DNA of 52,060 bases from Chthoniobacteraceae bacterium. GTDB taxonomy: Bacteria > Verrucomicrobiota > Verrucomicrobiia > Chthoniobacterales > Chthoniobacteraceae. Every line of letters starts with the position of its first letter. Position 1 is the first letter of the stretch. The notes under the pieces are model-generated. The model saw only the letters and a list, made by a program, of their open reading frames with translations. It did not search any database and was not told the DNA's origin. Of the stretch, positions 1 through 8,367 are shown piece after piece. The translations under genes and the position numbers were made by a program. The stretch lies in the NCBI GenBank assembly GCA_040081625.1, contig JBEBGD010000031.1:1-52060 (forward strand), written 5' to 3'.

Positions 1-17
1 GGGCATGGGGGTGTTTT

Positions 18-100
18 GGTTCTGGGTTTCGGGTTTCGCGTTTCGGGCGTGCGAGCGCATTCGCAGCAACTCGAGACTCGAAACCCGAGACTCGAAACTT
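18..100. repeat. Inverted pair of heptamer tandem repeat tracts (GGTTTCG-like vs CGAAACC/CGAGACT-like), hairpin-forming
   Basis: ggttctg-ggtttcg-ggtttcg-cgtttcg followed by cgagact-cgaaacc-cgagact-cgaaact; the units are approximate reverse complements; lies just downstream of the 108..629 gene. Confidence 0.7.
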
Positions 101-107
101 CGGAAAA

Positions 108-629
108 CTACAGCGTCGCTGCGCGGGTGATCTCGCTGAGACGGGCTTCGAGTTTTTCGAGCATGCGCTCGGCTTGCTCGCGGGCGCGGCGTTCGTCCAT
201 CAGCGCTTCCTCGAGCTCACGGATGCGCTGCTGGAGATTGAGCCGGATGCTGGTGCGGACGGGGCGCGCTTCCTCGTCGTCGGATTGCGGGAGCAGGCCG
301 GGGATGTCTTTGACGGTGGCGTCGCTGCCGTCCTTGCAATTGGTGACGCGCGTCTCGGCGTGGATTTCTCCGGCTTGGAGAAACTCGCGCACGGCGCCGA
401 GAGTGGTCGGGCCGTAGAATTGATCGGGGCTGACCTCGACGAGGTAATCCATCCCGAGATCGGGGACCATCGGCACCTTGACCCACGTCTGCTGGTCGGT
501 CGAAGCCTTGTCGAGCGGTGAAACCTGCGCGTCATCGGCCCACGACTTGAGCTGGGAGAATGAGATCGGGCCGAAGACCGAGCCGTCGTCGTTTTTCTGC
601 AGATACCAGGTTTGGTTGTCGTCGCTCAT
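108..629 (-). CDS. Hypothetical protein with two GYF_2/DUF4339-like units and a C-terminal coiled coil
   Basis: MSDDNQTWYLQKNDDGSVFGPISFSQLKSW and DYLVEVSPDQFYGPTTLGAVREF repeat a W/Y...F/YGP pattern; LQQRIRELEEALMDERRAREQAERMLEKLEARL is coiled-coil-like; ATG overlaps the upstream stop (ATGA). Confidence 0.7.
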   Translation of the reverse strand: MSDDNQTWYLQKNDDGSVFGPISFSQLKSWADDAQVSPLDKASTDQQTWVKVPMVPDLGMDYLVEVSPDQFYGPTTLGAVREFLQAGEIHAETRVTNCKDGSDATVKDIPGLLPQSDDEEARPVRTSIRLNLQQRIRELEEALMDERRAREQAERMLEKLEARLSEITRAATL

Positions 630-1066
630 GGGTTGGGTTTTGGAGTGGAGGCTGGAGGTTGCGGCGTCGGGAGGAGAACGGTCTGGCCGATCTGGAGCTT
701 GCGCTCGTCGAGGCCCTTGTTGGCCCTCATCAGTTCGGCGAGCGGCAAGCTGTAGTGCTTCGCGATGGAGGTCAACGTCTCGCCTTTGACGACGATGTGG
801 TGCGGCTGGCCGGGTTCGGCTTTCGCCGCGGCGGGTGCGTTGAACTCCTCCTTGCCGGGCGCGGCCTCGGCGGTGGAAGCGGGTTTGCCCTGGATGGCGG
901 CGGCGAGTCTGGCGACCTGCTCGGTGAGCGCGTCGATCCGTTTGGATTGCTCCTCGAGGGCCTTGCGCAGTTCGCGCAGCTCGTCGCCGGTGTTTGCTGC
1001 GTTCTGCGCGAATGAGGTCGCGGTCAGCAGACCGGAGATGGCGGCGAGACGAACAAGGCGAAGCAT
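626..1066 (-). CDS. Secreted LysM peptidoglycan-binding protein with coiled coil
   Basis: Signal-like N-terminus ending SFA; HIVVKGETLTSIAKHYSLPLAELMRANKGLDERKLQIGQTVLLP is a typical LysM; alternative start 1084. Confidence 0.85.
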   Translation of the reverse strand: MLRLVRLAAISGLLTATSFAQNAANTGDELRELRKALEEQSKRIDALTEQVARLAAAIQGKPASTAEAAPGKEEFNAPAAAKAEPGQPHHIVVKGETLTSIAKHYSLPLAELMRANKGLDERKLQIGQTVLLPTPQPPASTPKPNP

Positions 1067-1167
1067 GGCGGAGATCGTTGTCATTTCCCGCGCGCGGTGG
1101 CAAGGACCGGCTGAGGAAAATGGAATGCTGTTGCCGCAGCCCCGCGGCTTTGCTCGGATGCGTGGCA

Positions 1168-2607
1168 ATGCGAATCCTTCATGCAGGCAGTGAACTCACG
1201 CCCTTTGCGCGCACCGGCGGACTCGGCGACGTGATCGAGGCGCTCCCGGCTGCGCTTGCGGCGGCCGGCCACGAGGCGAGCGTCGTGCTGCCGTGCTACC
1301 GCGGCTTGCGCGACGATGCGCGGCTCGGTGCGCACGACACCGGGGTGCGGCTGCATGTGCCGATCGGGGGGGGCACGATCGAGGCGGAGATTTGGGAGGG
1401 TCGCGCGCCAAACGGCGTGCAGGTCTTTCTCGTGCGGCACGACGCTTTCTTCGATCGCGATGGGATTTACGGATTTGGCGGTCACGACTACCCCGACAAC
1501 GCAGCGCGGTTCATCTTCTTCTCAAAGTGCGTGGTGCAGGTCGCACTGCGCATCCGCCCGCAGCTCGATCTCATCCACGTGCACGACTGGCAGACGGCGC
1601 TCGTGCCGGTGCTCGCGAAGGCGTGGAAGGTGCCGATGGCGACGGTGCTGACGATTCACCACCTCGCCTATCAGGGCTCGTTCCCGGGCTGGGATTTCGG
1701 GCTCACGAATTTGCCGGGAGATTACTTCGGCGCGAGCGGCGTCGAGTTTTTCGGCAATCTCAATCTGCTCAAGGGTGGCATCGTTTGCGCCGGTGCGGTA
1801 ACGACGGTGAGCGAGACTTACGCGCGCGAGATCCAGACGCGCGAGGGTGGCGCGGGGCTCGATGTGGTGATGCGCGAGCAGGCGCACAAGCTCCACGGAA
1901 TCCTAAACGGCGCAGACTACGCGGAGTGGAATCCGGCTGCCGACAAGCTGATCGCGAAGGCTTACAAGCCGTCGAATCTCGCGGGCAAGAAGGCGTGCCG
2001 GATCGCGCTGCTCGACGAGGTCGGCCTCGCCCCAGCGCCGAAGGGACCGGTCTTCGCGATGGTCACGCGCCTCGCGCAGCAGAAGGGAATCGAGCTGATC
2101 TTTCCGGTCATCGACCGGATGCTCAGCAATGACGCGCGGCTGATCGTGCTCGGCGAGGGCGAGTCGGGCTACGAACGCGAGTTGATGATCGCGAGCCGCC
2201 AGCATCCCGGACGGTTCCACTTCCGGCGCGGTGTCGATGAGCGGCTTTCGCACCTGATCCAGGCGGGGGCGGATGTCTTTCTCATGCCGTCGCAGTCGGA
2301 GCCGTGCGGGCTGACCGCGATGTATGCGCAACGCTACGGCACGCTGCCGATCGCGCGCGCGACCGGCGGGCTTTACCAGATCGTCCAGGATCTCGATCCG
2401 GTGCACGAAAGCGGCACCGGCTTCGTCTTTCACGACTACAGCACGGAGACGCTGTGGGATGCGATCGTGCGGGCCAAGCGTGTCTTTGCAGATCCGCCCG
2501 CGTGGAAGGCGATCGTGCAGCGGGCGATGAAAACGGACTTCTCGTGGGCGAGCGCGGTCGGGCGCTACCTCGAGGTCTATACGCGGGCGACCGGTGGCGC
2601 TGCCTGA
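1168..2607 (+). CDS. glgA: Glycogen synthase (GT5)
   Basis: ELTPFARTGGLGDV, HVHDWQT, TIHHLAYQG, GILNGADY, MPSQSEPCGLTAMYAQRYGT, DFSW motifs. Confidence 0.93.
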   Translation: MRILHAGSELTPFARTGGLGDVIEALPAALAAAGHEASVVLPCYRGLRDDARLGAHDTGVRLHVPIGGGTIEAEIWEGRAPNGVQVFLVRHDAFFDRDGIYGFGGHDYPDNAARFIFFSKCVVQVALRIRPQLDLIHVHDWQTALVPVLAKAWKVPMATVLTIHHLAYQGSFPGWDFGLTNLPGDYFGASGVEFFGNLNLLKGGIVCAGAVTTVSETYAREIQTREGGAGLDVVMREQAHKLHGILNGADYAEWNPAADKLIAKAYKPSNLAGKKACRIALLDEVGLAPAPKGPVFAMVTRLAQQKGIELIFPVIDRMLSNDARLIVLGEGESGYERELMIASRQHPGRFHFRRGVDERLSHLIQAGADVFLMPSQSEPCGLTAMYAQRYGTLPIARATGGLYQIVQDLDPVHESGTGFVFHDYSTETLWDAIVRAKRVFADPPAWKAIVQRAMKTDFSWASAVGRYLEVYTRATGGAA

Positions 2608-3832
2608 GCTGATCACCGGCATCCCGGGTCCGCGTTCGCGCTCGCTCGCGGCGAAGTTGCGCCGCTTCGAGTCGCGCAATGTGACGTTTGTCGCGGACGG
2701 GTGGCCGGTGTTTTGGCAGCGCGCCGCGGGCGTGAATGTGTGGGACGCGGACGGGAATCGTTTCCTCGATCTCACGTCCGCTTTCGGCGTCAGCGGACTC
2801 GGGCACGGCGCGATGGGCGCAGCGATGGCGGAGCAATCGCAGCGGCTCCTGCATGCGATGGGCGATGTCCATCCGACGGAGCTGAAGGCGGAGCTTTGCG
2901 CGCGGCTGAGCGCGATCACTTTCGAGCGATGGGGTGTGGGAGTGGGGAAGACGATTCTCGGGAATTCCGGCTTCGAGGCGATCGAGGCGGCGCTCAAGAC
3001 GTCGCTGCTGCGCACGGGCCGGCGTGGTGTGCTCGCTTTTCGTGGCGGCTACCACGGGCTTGGGTTCGGCGCTCTCACGACGACGGGGCTGCCGTTTTTC
3101 CGCGAGCCGTTTCGCGCACAGCTCCCGGACTTCGCGACGTTCGTGCCGTTTCCGTGTGAGCGGGAACAGATCGAAGCGGCGCTGCGCGAGCGAGAGTTCG
3201 GCTGCATCCTCGTCGAGCCGATTCAGGGGCGCGGCGGTTGCGTGGTGCCGCCGCCGGACTTCCTGCCGATGCTCCGCGCGGTGTGCGACGCGCACGGAAT
3301 CCTGCTCGTGCTCGACGAGATCTATACCGGCTTCAATCGCACCGGCGCGCTCTTCGCCTGTGAACACTCCGGCGTGGTGCCGGATATCGTTTGCCTCGGC
3401 AAGGCGCTCACCGGCGGCTTCCCGCTCTCGGCGTGCGTCGGTCGTGCGGAGGTGATGGATGCGTGGCCGGAGTCGCGCGGCGAGGCGCTGCACACGAGCA
3501 CGTTTCTTGGCAATCCCGTCGGCTGCGCGATGGCGCTCGCGTCGATCGTGGAACACGCGAAGCCGGAAACGCCGCGCGAGGTTCGCGAGCGCGGGGCGAA
3601 TTTCGAGGCGGCCCTGCGCAGACTCGGCGACGTGCGTGGGATGGGATTGCTCCTCGGGATGGAGGTGACTCCGGCCCGCGCGCAAGCAGTCGTCCAGCGT
3701 GCGCTGAGCGAGGGCGTGCTGCTGCTGGCCGATGGGCCCGGCGGAAATGTCCTCTCCTTCACTCCACCGTTCGCGATCAGCGAAGCGGAGATTGCATTCG
3801 TTTCCGAGCGGCTCGCGCAATGGCTGCGCTGA
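2594..3832 (+). CDS. Class-III PLP-dependent aminotransferase (GabT/ArgD-like)
   Basis: WDADGNRFLD, NSGFEAIEAALK, FRGGYHG, EPIQGRGG, DEIYTGFNRTG, PDIVCLGKAL (PLP lysine); GTG start overlaps glgA end. Confidence 0.88.
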   Translation: MALPELITGIPGPRSRSLAAKLRRFESRNVTFVADGWPVFWQRAAGVNVWDADGNRFLDLTSAFGVSGLGHGAMGAAMAEQSQRLLHAMGDVHPTELKAELCARLSAITFERWGVGVGKTILGNSGFEAIEAALKTSLLRTGRRGVLAFRGGYHGLGFGALTTTGLPFFREPFRAQLPDFATFVPFPCEREQIEAALREREFGCILVEPIQGRGGCVVPPPDFLPMLRAVCDAHGILLVLDEIYTGFNRTGALFACEHSGVVPDIVCLGKALTGGFPLSACVGRAEVMDAWPESRGEALHTSTFLGNPVGCAMALASIVEHAKPETPREVRERGANFEAALRRLGDVRGMGLLLGMEVTPARAQAVVQRALSEGVLLLADGPGGNVLSFTPPFAISEAEIAFVSERLAQWLR

Positions 3833-3841
3833 GCAGTCGGC

Positions 3842-4159
3842 CTACGAGTATTTCACGTTCTTCCCCGGCTCCATCTCGTAGTTGAGGATCATCCGCTCGG
3901 CGGCGTTCAGCTTGATCACCTCGGCCACGAACTTCATGTAGATGGCGTCTTCCTGCGTCATCTGGAGCTTCTCCATCGACTCGAACTCGAGCGCGATAAA
4001 GAACGGCCACTCCATCTTCGGGTCGATCGCCTTGCCGCATTTGACCGAGAGGATCTCGGGGATTTTCAGCAGGCGCATCCGGGTCGTCATCAACATCTTC
4101 TCGATCTTGTCGGGAGTGACCTCCGGCTTGAGTTTGAAGAGGGCGATGTGATGAACCAT
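3842..4159 (-). CDS. Dabb family (stress-responsive A/B barrel) protein
   Basis: MVHHIALFKLKPEVTPDKIE...KIPEI...LEFES pattern, 105 aa. Confidence 0.8.
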   Translation of the reverse strand: MVHHIALFKLKPEVTPDKIEKMLMTTRMRLLKIPEILSVKCGKAIDPKMEWPFFIALEFESMEKLQMTQEDAIYMKFVAEVIKLNAAERMILNYEMEPGKNVKYS

Positions 4160-4230
4160 GGCGCGGGCGCGGTTTCTACTTTGGGAGTCCGCGCAGGGCA
4201 AGGAGGCTTTCGGATTTCGCGCCCGGTCCC

Positions 4231-4270
4231 GCAAAAGCAACCGGGCGGCCCGCTTTCACAGGCCGCCCGA
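4231..4270 (-). terminator. Intrinsic terminator after nuoA
   Basis: Minus strand cgggcggcctgt-GAAA-gcgggccgcccg stem-loop followed by gttgcttttg. Confidence 0.65.
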
Positions 4271-4302
4271 TCGCGGAGAGAGCTGTCGTGCTTGCGGAAA
4301 CC

Positions 4303-4677
4303 TCAGCGCTTCCAGTCCAGCGCGCCTTTCATGAGCGCATACACGTAACCAATGGTGAGGATCCCGACGAAGCTGAGCATCGACCAGAAAATCTGTGTGC
4401 CGTGCGTGGCGATGAACTCGCGATAAACCACCGCCCACGGATACATGAAGACGATCTCGATATCGAAAAGGATGAAGAGCATCGCCACCACGTAGAACTT
4501 CACGCTGAAGCGCGGCTGCGCCGGACCTTCCGGCTTCATCCCGCACTCATAGGCAGTGTCCTTGGTCGGATTGCGTTTTCCTGTTTTACCCAGGATGACG
4601 CTGATGATCAGCGCCGACGCAGCGAAGACGATCGCCACGACGACTTGCAGCAGAACGGGCAGGTAATCCTTAACCAT
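4303..4677 (-). CDS. nuoA: NADH-quinone oxidoreductase subunit A
   Basis: AYECGM, RFSVKFYVVAMLFILFDIEIVFMYPWAV, KGALDW. Confidence 0.95.
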   Translation of the reverse strand: MVKDYLPVLLQVVVAIVFAASALIISVILGKTGKRNPTKDTAYECGMKPEGPAQPRFSVKFYVVAMLFILFDIEIVFMYPWAVVYREFIATHGTQIFWSMLSFVGILTIGYVYALMKGALDWKR

Positions 4678-4701
4678 GCGATCCGTGAAAAAGAATGCTG
4701 G

Positions 4702-5034
4702 CTAGGCTGCGCTGACGGTCGTCGGGAGCGTGCGCGGTGGGAGCGGCTTGGGCATCGTCTCGAGGGTCGCGAGTTGCTTCGGGATACCTTTGTATTTCTT
4801 GCCGTCCTTCTTGACCATGCCGCGCGAGACGAGGTTCTGAAGTTTCTCGTAAGAGCGCAGGCGCAGCATTTCCTCCCCGCCGCTGGCCGCGTTGCGGGCA
4901 CGCAGGCGCTCATGGACTACGTCGAACAAGTCCTTGAACTCGTAGGTGGTCCGGGATGAGAGGACCGCCGCGAGTTCCTCGGTCACGAGGTCAGGAAGGC
5001 GACGAGCAAACGCTGTTTTCTTCGGAATAGACAT
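4702..5034 (-). CDS. Small basic hypothetical protein, possibly winged-helix
   Basis: MSIPKKTAFARRLPDLVTEEL...EEMLRLRSYEKLQNLVSRGMVKKDGKKYKG; protein-like composition; ends 25 bp before nuoA. Confidence 0.7.
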   Translation of the reverse strand: MSIPKKTAFARRLPDLVTEELAAVLSSRTTYEFKDLFDVVHERLRARNAASGGEEMLRLRSYEKLQNLVSRGMVKKDGKKYKGIPKQLATLETMPKPLPPRTLPTTVSAA

Positions 5035-5113
5035 AAGGGCAGCCAAATAACCATGAAACCTGCGGTTCACGAGGGCTTTTTTGCGAAACCTGTGGAAAAA
5101 CGGCCTTTTCTGG

Positions 5114-5707
5114 TCAGGGCTCGGCATAGGCACCGATGCAGCGCCACCCATCGGCGCTGACCGCAAAGACCTCGGCGCTCACAGGGTAGGCTGTGTCGCG
5201 ATAGGCACGGAAGACCATCGGTGCATAGTCCATGTAGTCGCTCGCCAGCCGGGGGAAGACGAACGCGGTGAACCGATTCGGCACGACCACCAGCACGGCG
5301 TCGCCCAGCGTCTCTTTCCACAAGCCGAGAAATCCCGGCGCCAGCACCGCCGACGCGACGCGCGGTTGCCGGGACTCGACGACGCCGTAGCTGATGATTC
5401 CCCGCCGGTCCCGAACGAAGCGAAAGTCGGCTGATCGTAAGTCTATGGACGCATTGAGAACGGCGACGGAATGAAAAACTTCACGACTCACCCCGAGCGC
5501 CGCGAACTCCACTTTCGTAAAGCTGCGAAAGCCATCCTCGCTCAACATGCCCGCCGCGATCTGGGTCTTCTGCGCGTCCGCCAGCGATACCGCCACCGGC
5601 GCATGCATGAACTTCGGTTCGAGCCACACCCGCCACGCACTGTCGTCCGCCCGCACCACTGCCACGCCGAGCGCGGCGAAAATCGCAATTCGCAAATCGT
5701 AAATCAT
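5114..5707 (-). CDS. Hypothetical exported protein
   Basis: Hydrophobic N-terminus IAIFAALGVAVVRA; fills the gap before divergent ruvA. Confidence 0.6.
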   Translation of the reverse strand: MIYDLRIAIFAALGVAVVRADDSAWRVWLEPKFMHAPVAVSLADAQKTQIAAGMLSEDGFRSFTKVEFAALGVSREVFHSVAVLNASIDLRSADFRFVRDRRGIISYGVVESRQPRVASAVLAPGFLGLWKETLGDAVLVVVPNRFTAFVFPRLASDYMDYAPMVFRAYRDTAYPVSAEVFAVSADGWRCIGAYAEP

Positions 5708-5733
5708 CGAACTTCGGCGATGATCCGCGCCGC

Positions 5734-6336
5734 ATGATTACCTTTCTCGAAGGCACGCTCGTCGAATCGCTTCCCACGCAAGTGGTCATAGGAGTGCATG
5801 GCGTCGGGTATCATGTGAACATTCCGCTTTCGAGTTACGACAAGCTGCCGGGCGTTGGCCAGCCGATCAAGATATTGACGCACCTCACCGTCCGCGAAGA
5901 CGCGCACGTCCTTTACGGCTTCATGTCTAGCGGCGAGCGCGATCTATTCCGCCTGCTCGTCAATCACGTCAGCGGCATCGGGCCAAAGACCGCGCTCGAC
6001 GTGCTCAGCGGCATGAGCGTCTCCAATTTCAAAGCCGCGGTCGTCAACGGCGACGCGGGCCTGCTTTCCAAGATCAAAGGCATCGGCAAGAAATCCGCCG
6101 AGCGCATCGTCGTGGAACTCAAGGACAAGGTCGGAGTCGCCGCCGCGTGGGAAGCCGCCAGCGCCGCGCACGCGCCGAGCCCGCAGGAGGCGCAGATCAA
6201 TGACGCCGTGCTCGCGCTCATCGCCCTCGGCTACAAGCAGGTCGATGCGCACAAGGCCGTGAAGCAGGCTTGGGACAAAGGCGGGACCGCGCAGAGCAGC
6301 GAAGACCTCGTGCGATCGGCGCTCAAACTCCTGTAG
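5734..6336 (+). CDS. ruvA: Holliday junction branch migration protein RuvA
   Basis: MITFLEG, GVGYHV, VREDAHVLYGF, VSGIGPKTAL, GIGKKSAERIVVELKDK, ALIALGY. Confidence 0.96.
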   Translation: MITFLEGTLVESLPTQVVIGVHGVGYHVNIPLSSYDKLPGVGQPIKILTHLTVREDAHVLYGFMSSGERDLFRLLVNHVSGIGPKTALDVLSGMSVSNFKAAVVNGDAGLLSKIKGIGKKSAERIVVELKDKVGVAAAWEAASAAHAPSPQEAQINDAVLALIALGYKQVDAHKAVKQAWDKGGTAQSSEDLVRSALKLL

Positions 6337-6406
6337 GGAGCGCGCGCGCGCCGTGGCAAATCCCGCTTGCCGCTCCCCGGAGCGGTCGCAATAGTCCGCG
6401 CCCATT

Positions 6407-7480
6407 TTGTCCGACCGAATCTCCACCGCATCACTCCACGACCGGGGCGTCATTGCCCGCTGGCGCCCGTATTTGCCAATCACCGACGCGACTCCCGTCG
6501 TCTCGCTGAACGAAGGCAGCACGCCGCTCATCCACTCGCCAAAGCTCGGCGCGATCGTCGGTCGCGGCTGTGAGGTGTTCGTGAAATACGAGGGCCTCAA
6601 CCCGACCGGCTCGTTCAAGGATCGTGGCATGACCGTCGCGGTCTCGAAAGCCGTCGAAGGAGGCGCGCGCGCGGTCATCTGCGCCTCGACCGGCAACACG
6701 AGCGCCGCCGCCGCGGCCTATGCGGCGCGCGCGGGCATCGCGTGCATCGTCCTGCTGCCTGCGGGGAAGATCGCGCTCGGCAAACTCGCGCAGGCCTTCA
6801 TGTATGGCTCGAAGGTCGTCGCCATCGAGGGCAACTTCGATGACGCGCTGCGGCTCGTGCGCGAGGTCGGCGAGACCGAGCCGATCGCGATCGTGAACTC
6901 GATCAATCCATTTCGTCTCGAGGGGCAGAAGACGGCGAGCTTCGAGATCATCGACGAACTCGGCGACGCGCCCGACGTTCACATCATGCCGGTCGGCAAC
7001 GCCGGAAACATCAGCGCCTACTGGATGGGCTACCGCGAATTTCACGGGCTCGGCAAAGCCGCGAAGCTGCCGCGGATGCTTGGTTACCAGGCCGCCGGGT
7101 CGGCACCGATCTTTCACGGCAAGGTCGTCGAGAAGCCCGAGACGATCGCCACCGCGATCCGCATTGGCAATCCGGCGAGCTGGCAGCTCGCGAGCGCCGC
7201 GATGAAGGACTCCGGCGGCGCGTGCGGCATCGTGACCGACGAGGAAATCCTCGCCGCGCAGCGCTGGCTCGCGGCGAAGGAAGGCATCTTCGTCGAGCCC
7301 GCGAGCGCCGCGAGCATCGCCGGATTTTTCAAGTGCGCGGACAGCATCGCCGAGGGTAGTCGCATCGTCTGCACCGTCACCGGCCACGGGCTGAAAGATC
7401 CCGACGTCGCGAAGGACGCGATCAGCGGAATCGCCACTGCCCCCGCGGAAAAGTCCGCAATCATCAAGCTCCTCGAATGA
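6407..7480 (+). CDS. thrC: Threonine synthase (short type)
   Basis: LNEGSTPL, KYEGLNPTGSFKDRGM, CASTGNTSA, NSINPFRLEGQKT, PVGNAGN, VEPASAA, TGHGLKDP; TTG start uncertain. Confidence 0.93.
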   Translation: MSDRISTASLHDRGVIARWRPYLPITDATPVVSLNEGSTPLIHSPKLGAIVGRGCEVFVKYEGLNPTGSFKDRGMTVAVSKAVEGGARAVICASTGNTSAAAAAYAARAGIACIVLLPAGKIALGKLAQAFMYGSKVVAIEGNFDDALRLVREVGETEPIAIVNSINPFRLEGQKTASFEIIDELGDAPDVHIMPVGNAGNISAYWMGYREFHGLGKAAKLPRMLGYQAAGSAPIFHGKVVEKPETIATAIRIGNPASWQLASAAMKDSGGACGIVTDEEILAAQRWLAAKEGIFVEPASAASIAGFFKCADSIAEGSRIVCTVTGHGLKDPDVAKDAISGIATAPAEKSAIIKLLE

Positions 7481-8364
7481 CCGCCTCCGACCTCCGCCCG
7501 CTCGAAATCCCCGGTGCCACTTTTGCCGAAGGCTCCGGCGGCCTCACGGTGCTCGACATCGCCACGCCGCTCGCCCGCGCCCGCATCTTCATCCACGGCG
7601 CGCACGTCGCCGAGTGGACGCCCGCCGGCGCGCAGCCTGTGCTGTTCATGAGCGCGGCGTCGCACTTCGCGCCAGGCAAGGCGATCCGCGGCGGCGTGCC
7701 CGTGTGCTTCCCGTGGTTCGGCGGTCGCGCCGGGCACCCGGATAGTCCGGCGCACGGATTCGCGCGCAGCGTGGAGTGGGGTGTCGAGTCGCTCGTTCGG
7801 GAAGACGACGGCACGATCTCGGTCTCGCTCATCCTCGCCGACAGCGACGCGACGCGCGCGCACTGGCCGCACGCGTTCCTCGTGCGGCATCGCATTCGGG
7901 TCGGCACAGCGCTCGAGATGACGCTCGAAGTCACGAATCGCGACACTGCCCCGTTCGCCTTCGAGGAGGCGCTACACACCTACTTCGCCGTCTCCGCGGT
8001 GCAGTCGGTTGAAGTCCACGGCCTCGAAGGCGCGGAGTTCATCGACAAGGTCGGCGGCGTCGCGCGCAAGCGCCAGCCCGCAGAGCCGCTGCGCTTCACC
8101 GGCGAGACCGACCGCGTTTTTCCAAACACCACCGCGACGTGCGTGCTGCACGATGTCGCGCGGCAGATCGCCGTCGAGAAGTCCGGCTCCGCTACGACCG
8201 TCGTGTGGAATCCGTGGATCGCGAAGGCGAAGGCGATGGCCGACTTCGGCGACGACGAGTGGCCCGGCATGGCCTGCATCGAGACGGCGAACTCGGGCGA
8301 GGACACCATCACGCTCGCAGCCGGCGCGAAGCACGCGATGACCGCGCGCATCCGCCTCGCCTGA
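7477..8364 (+). CDS. D-hexose-6-phosphate mutarotase / aldose 1-epimerase family
   Basis: GKAIRGGVPVCFPWFG, HGFAR, EEALHTYF, TVVWNPW, CIE. Confidence 0.9.
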   Translation: MTASDLRPLEIPGATFAEGSGGLTVLDIATPLARARIFIHGAHVAEWTPAGAQPVLFMSAASHFAPGKAIRGGVPVCFPWFGGRAGHPDSPAHGFARSVEWGVESLVREDDGTISVSLILADSDATRAHWPHAFLVRHRIRVGTALEMTLEVTNRDTAPFAFEEALHTYFAVSAVQSVEVHGLEGAEFIDKVGGVARKRQPAEPLRFTGETDRVFPNTTATCVLHDVARQIAVEKSGSATTVVWNPWIAKAKAMADFGDDEWPGMACIETANSGEDTITLAAGAKHAMTARIRLA

Positions 8365-8367
8365 CGC

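Noticed and set aside
5734..6336. ruvA without adjacent ruvB
   Set aside because: Separation of ruv genes occurs in many bacteria; not informative alone
6354..6371. TGGCA...TTGC upstream of thrC (and TGGCA at 1098) as sigma-54 promoters
   Set aside because: GG-to-GC spacing is 12 and 9 nt rather than 10
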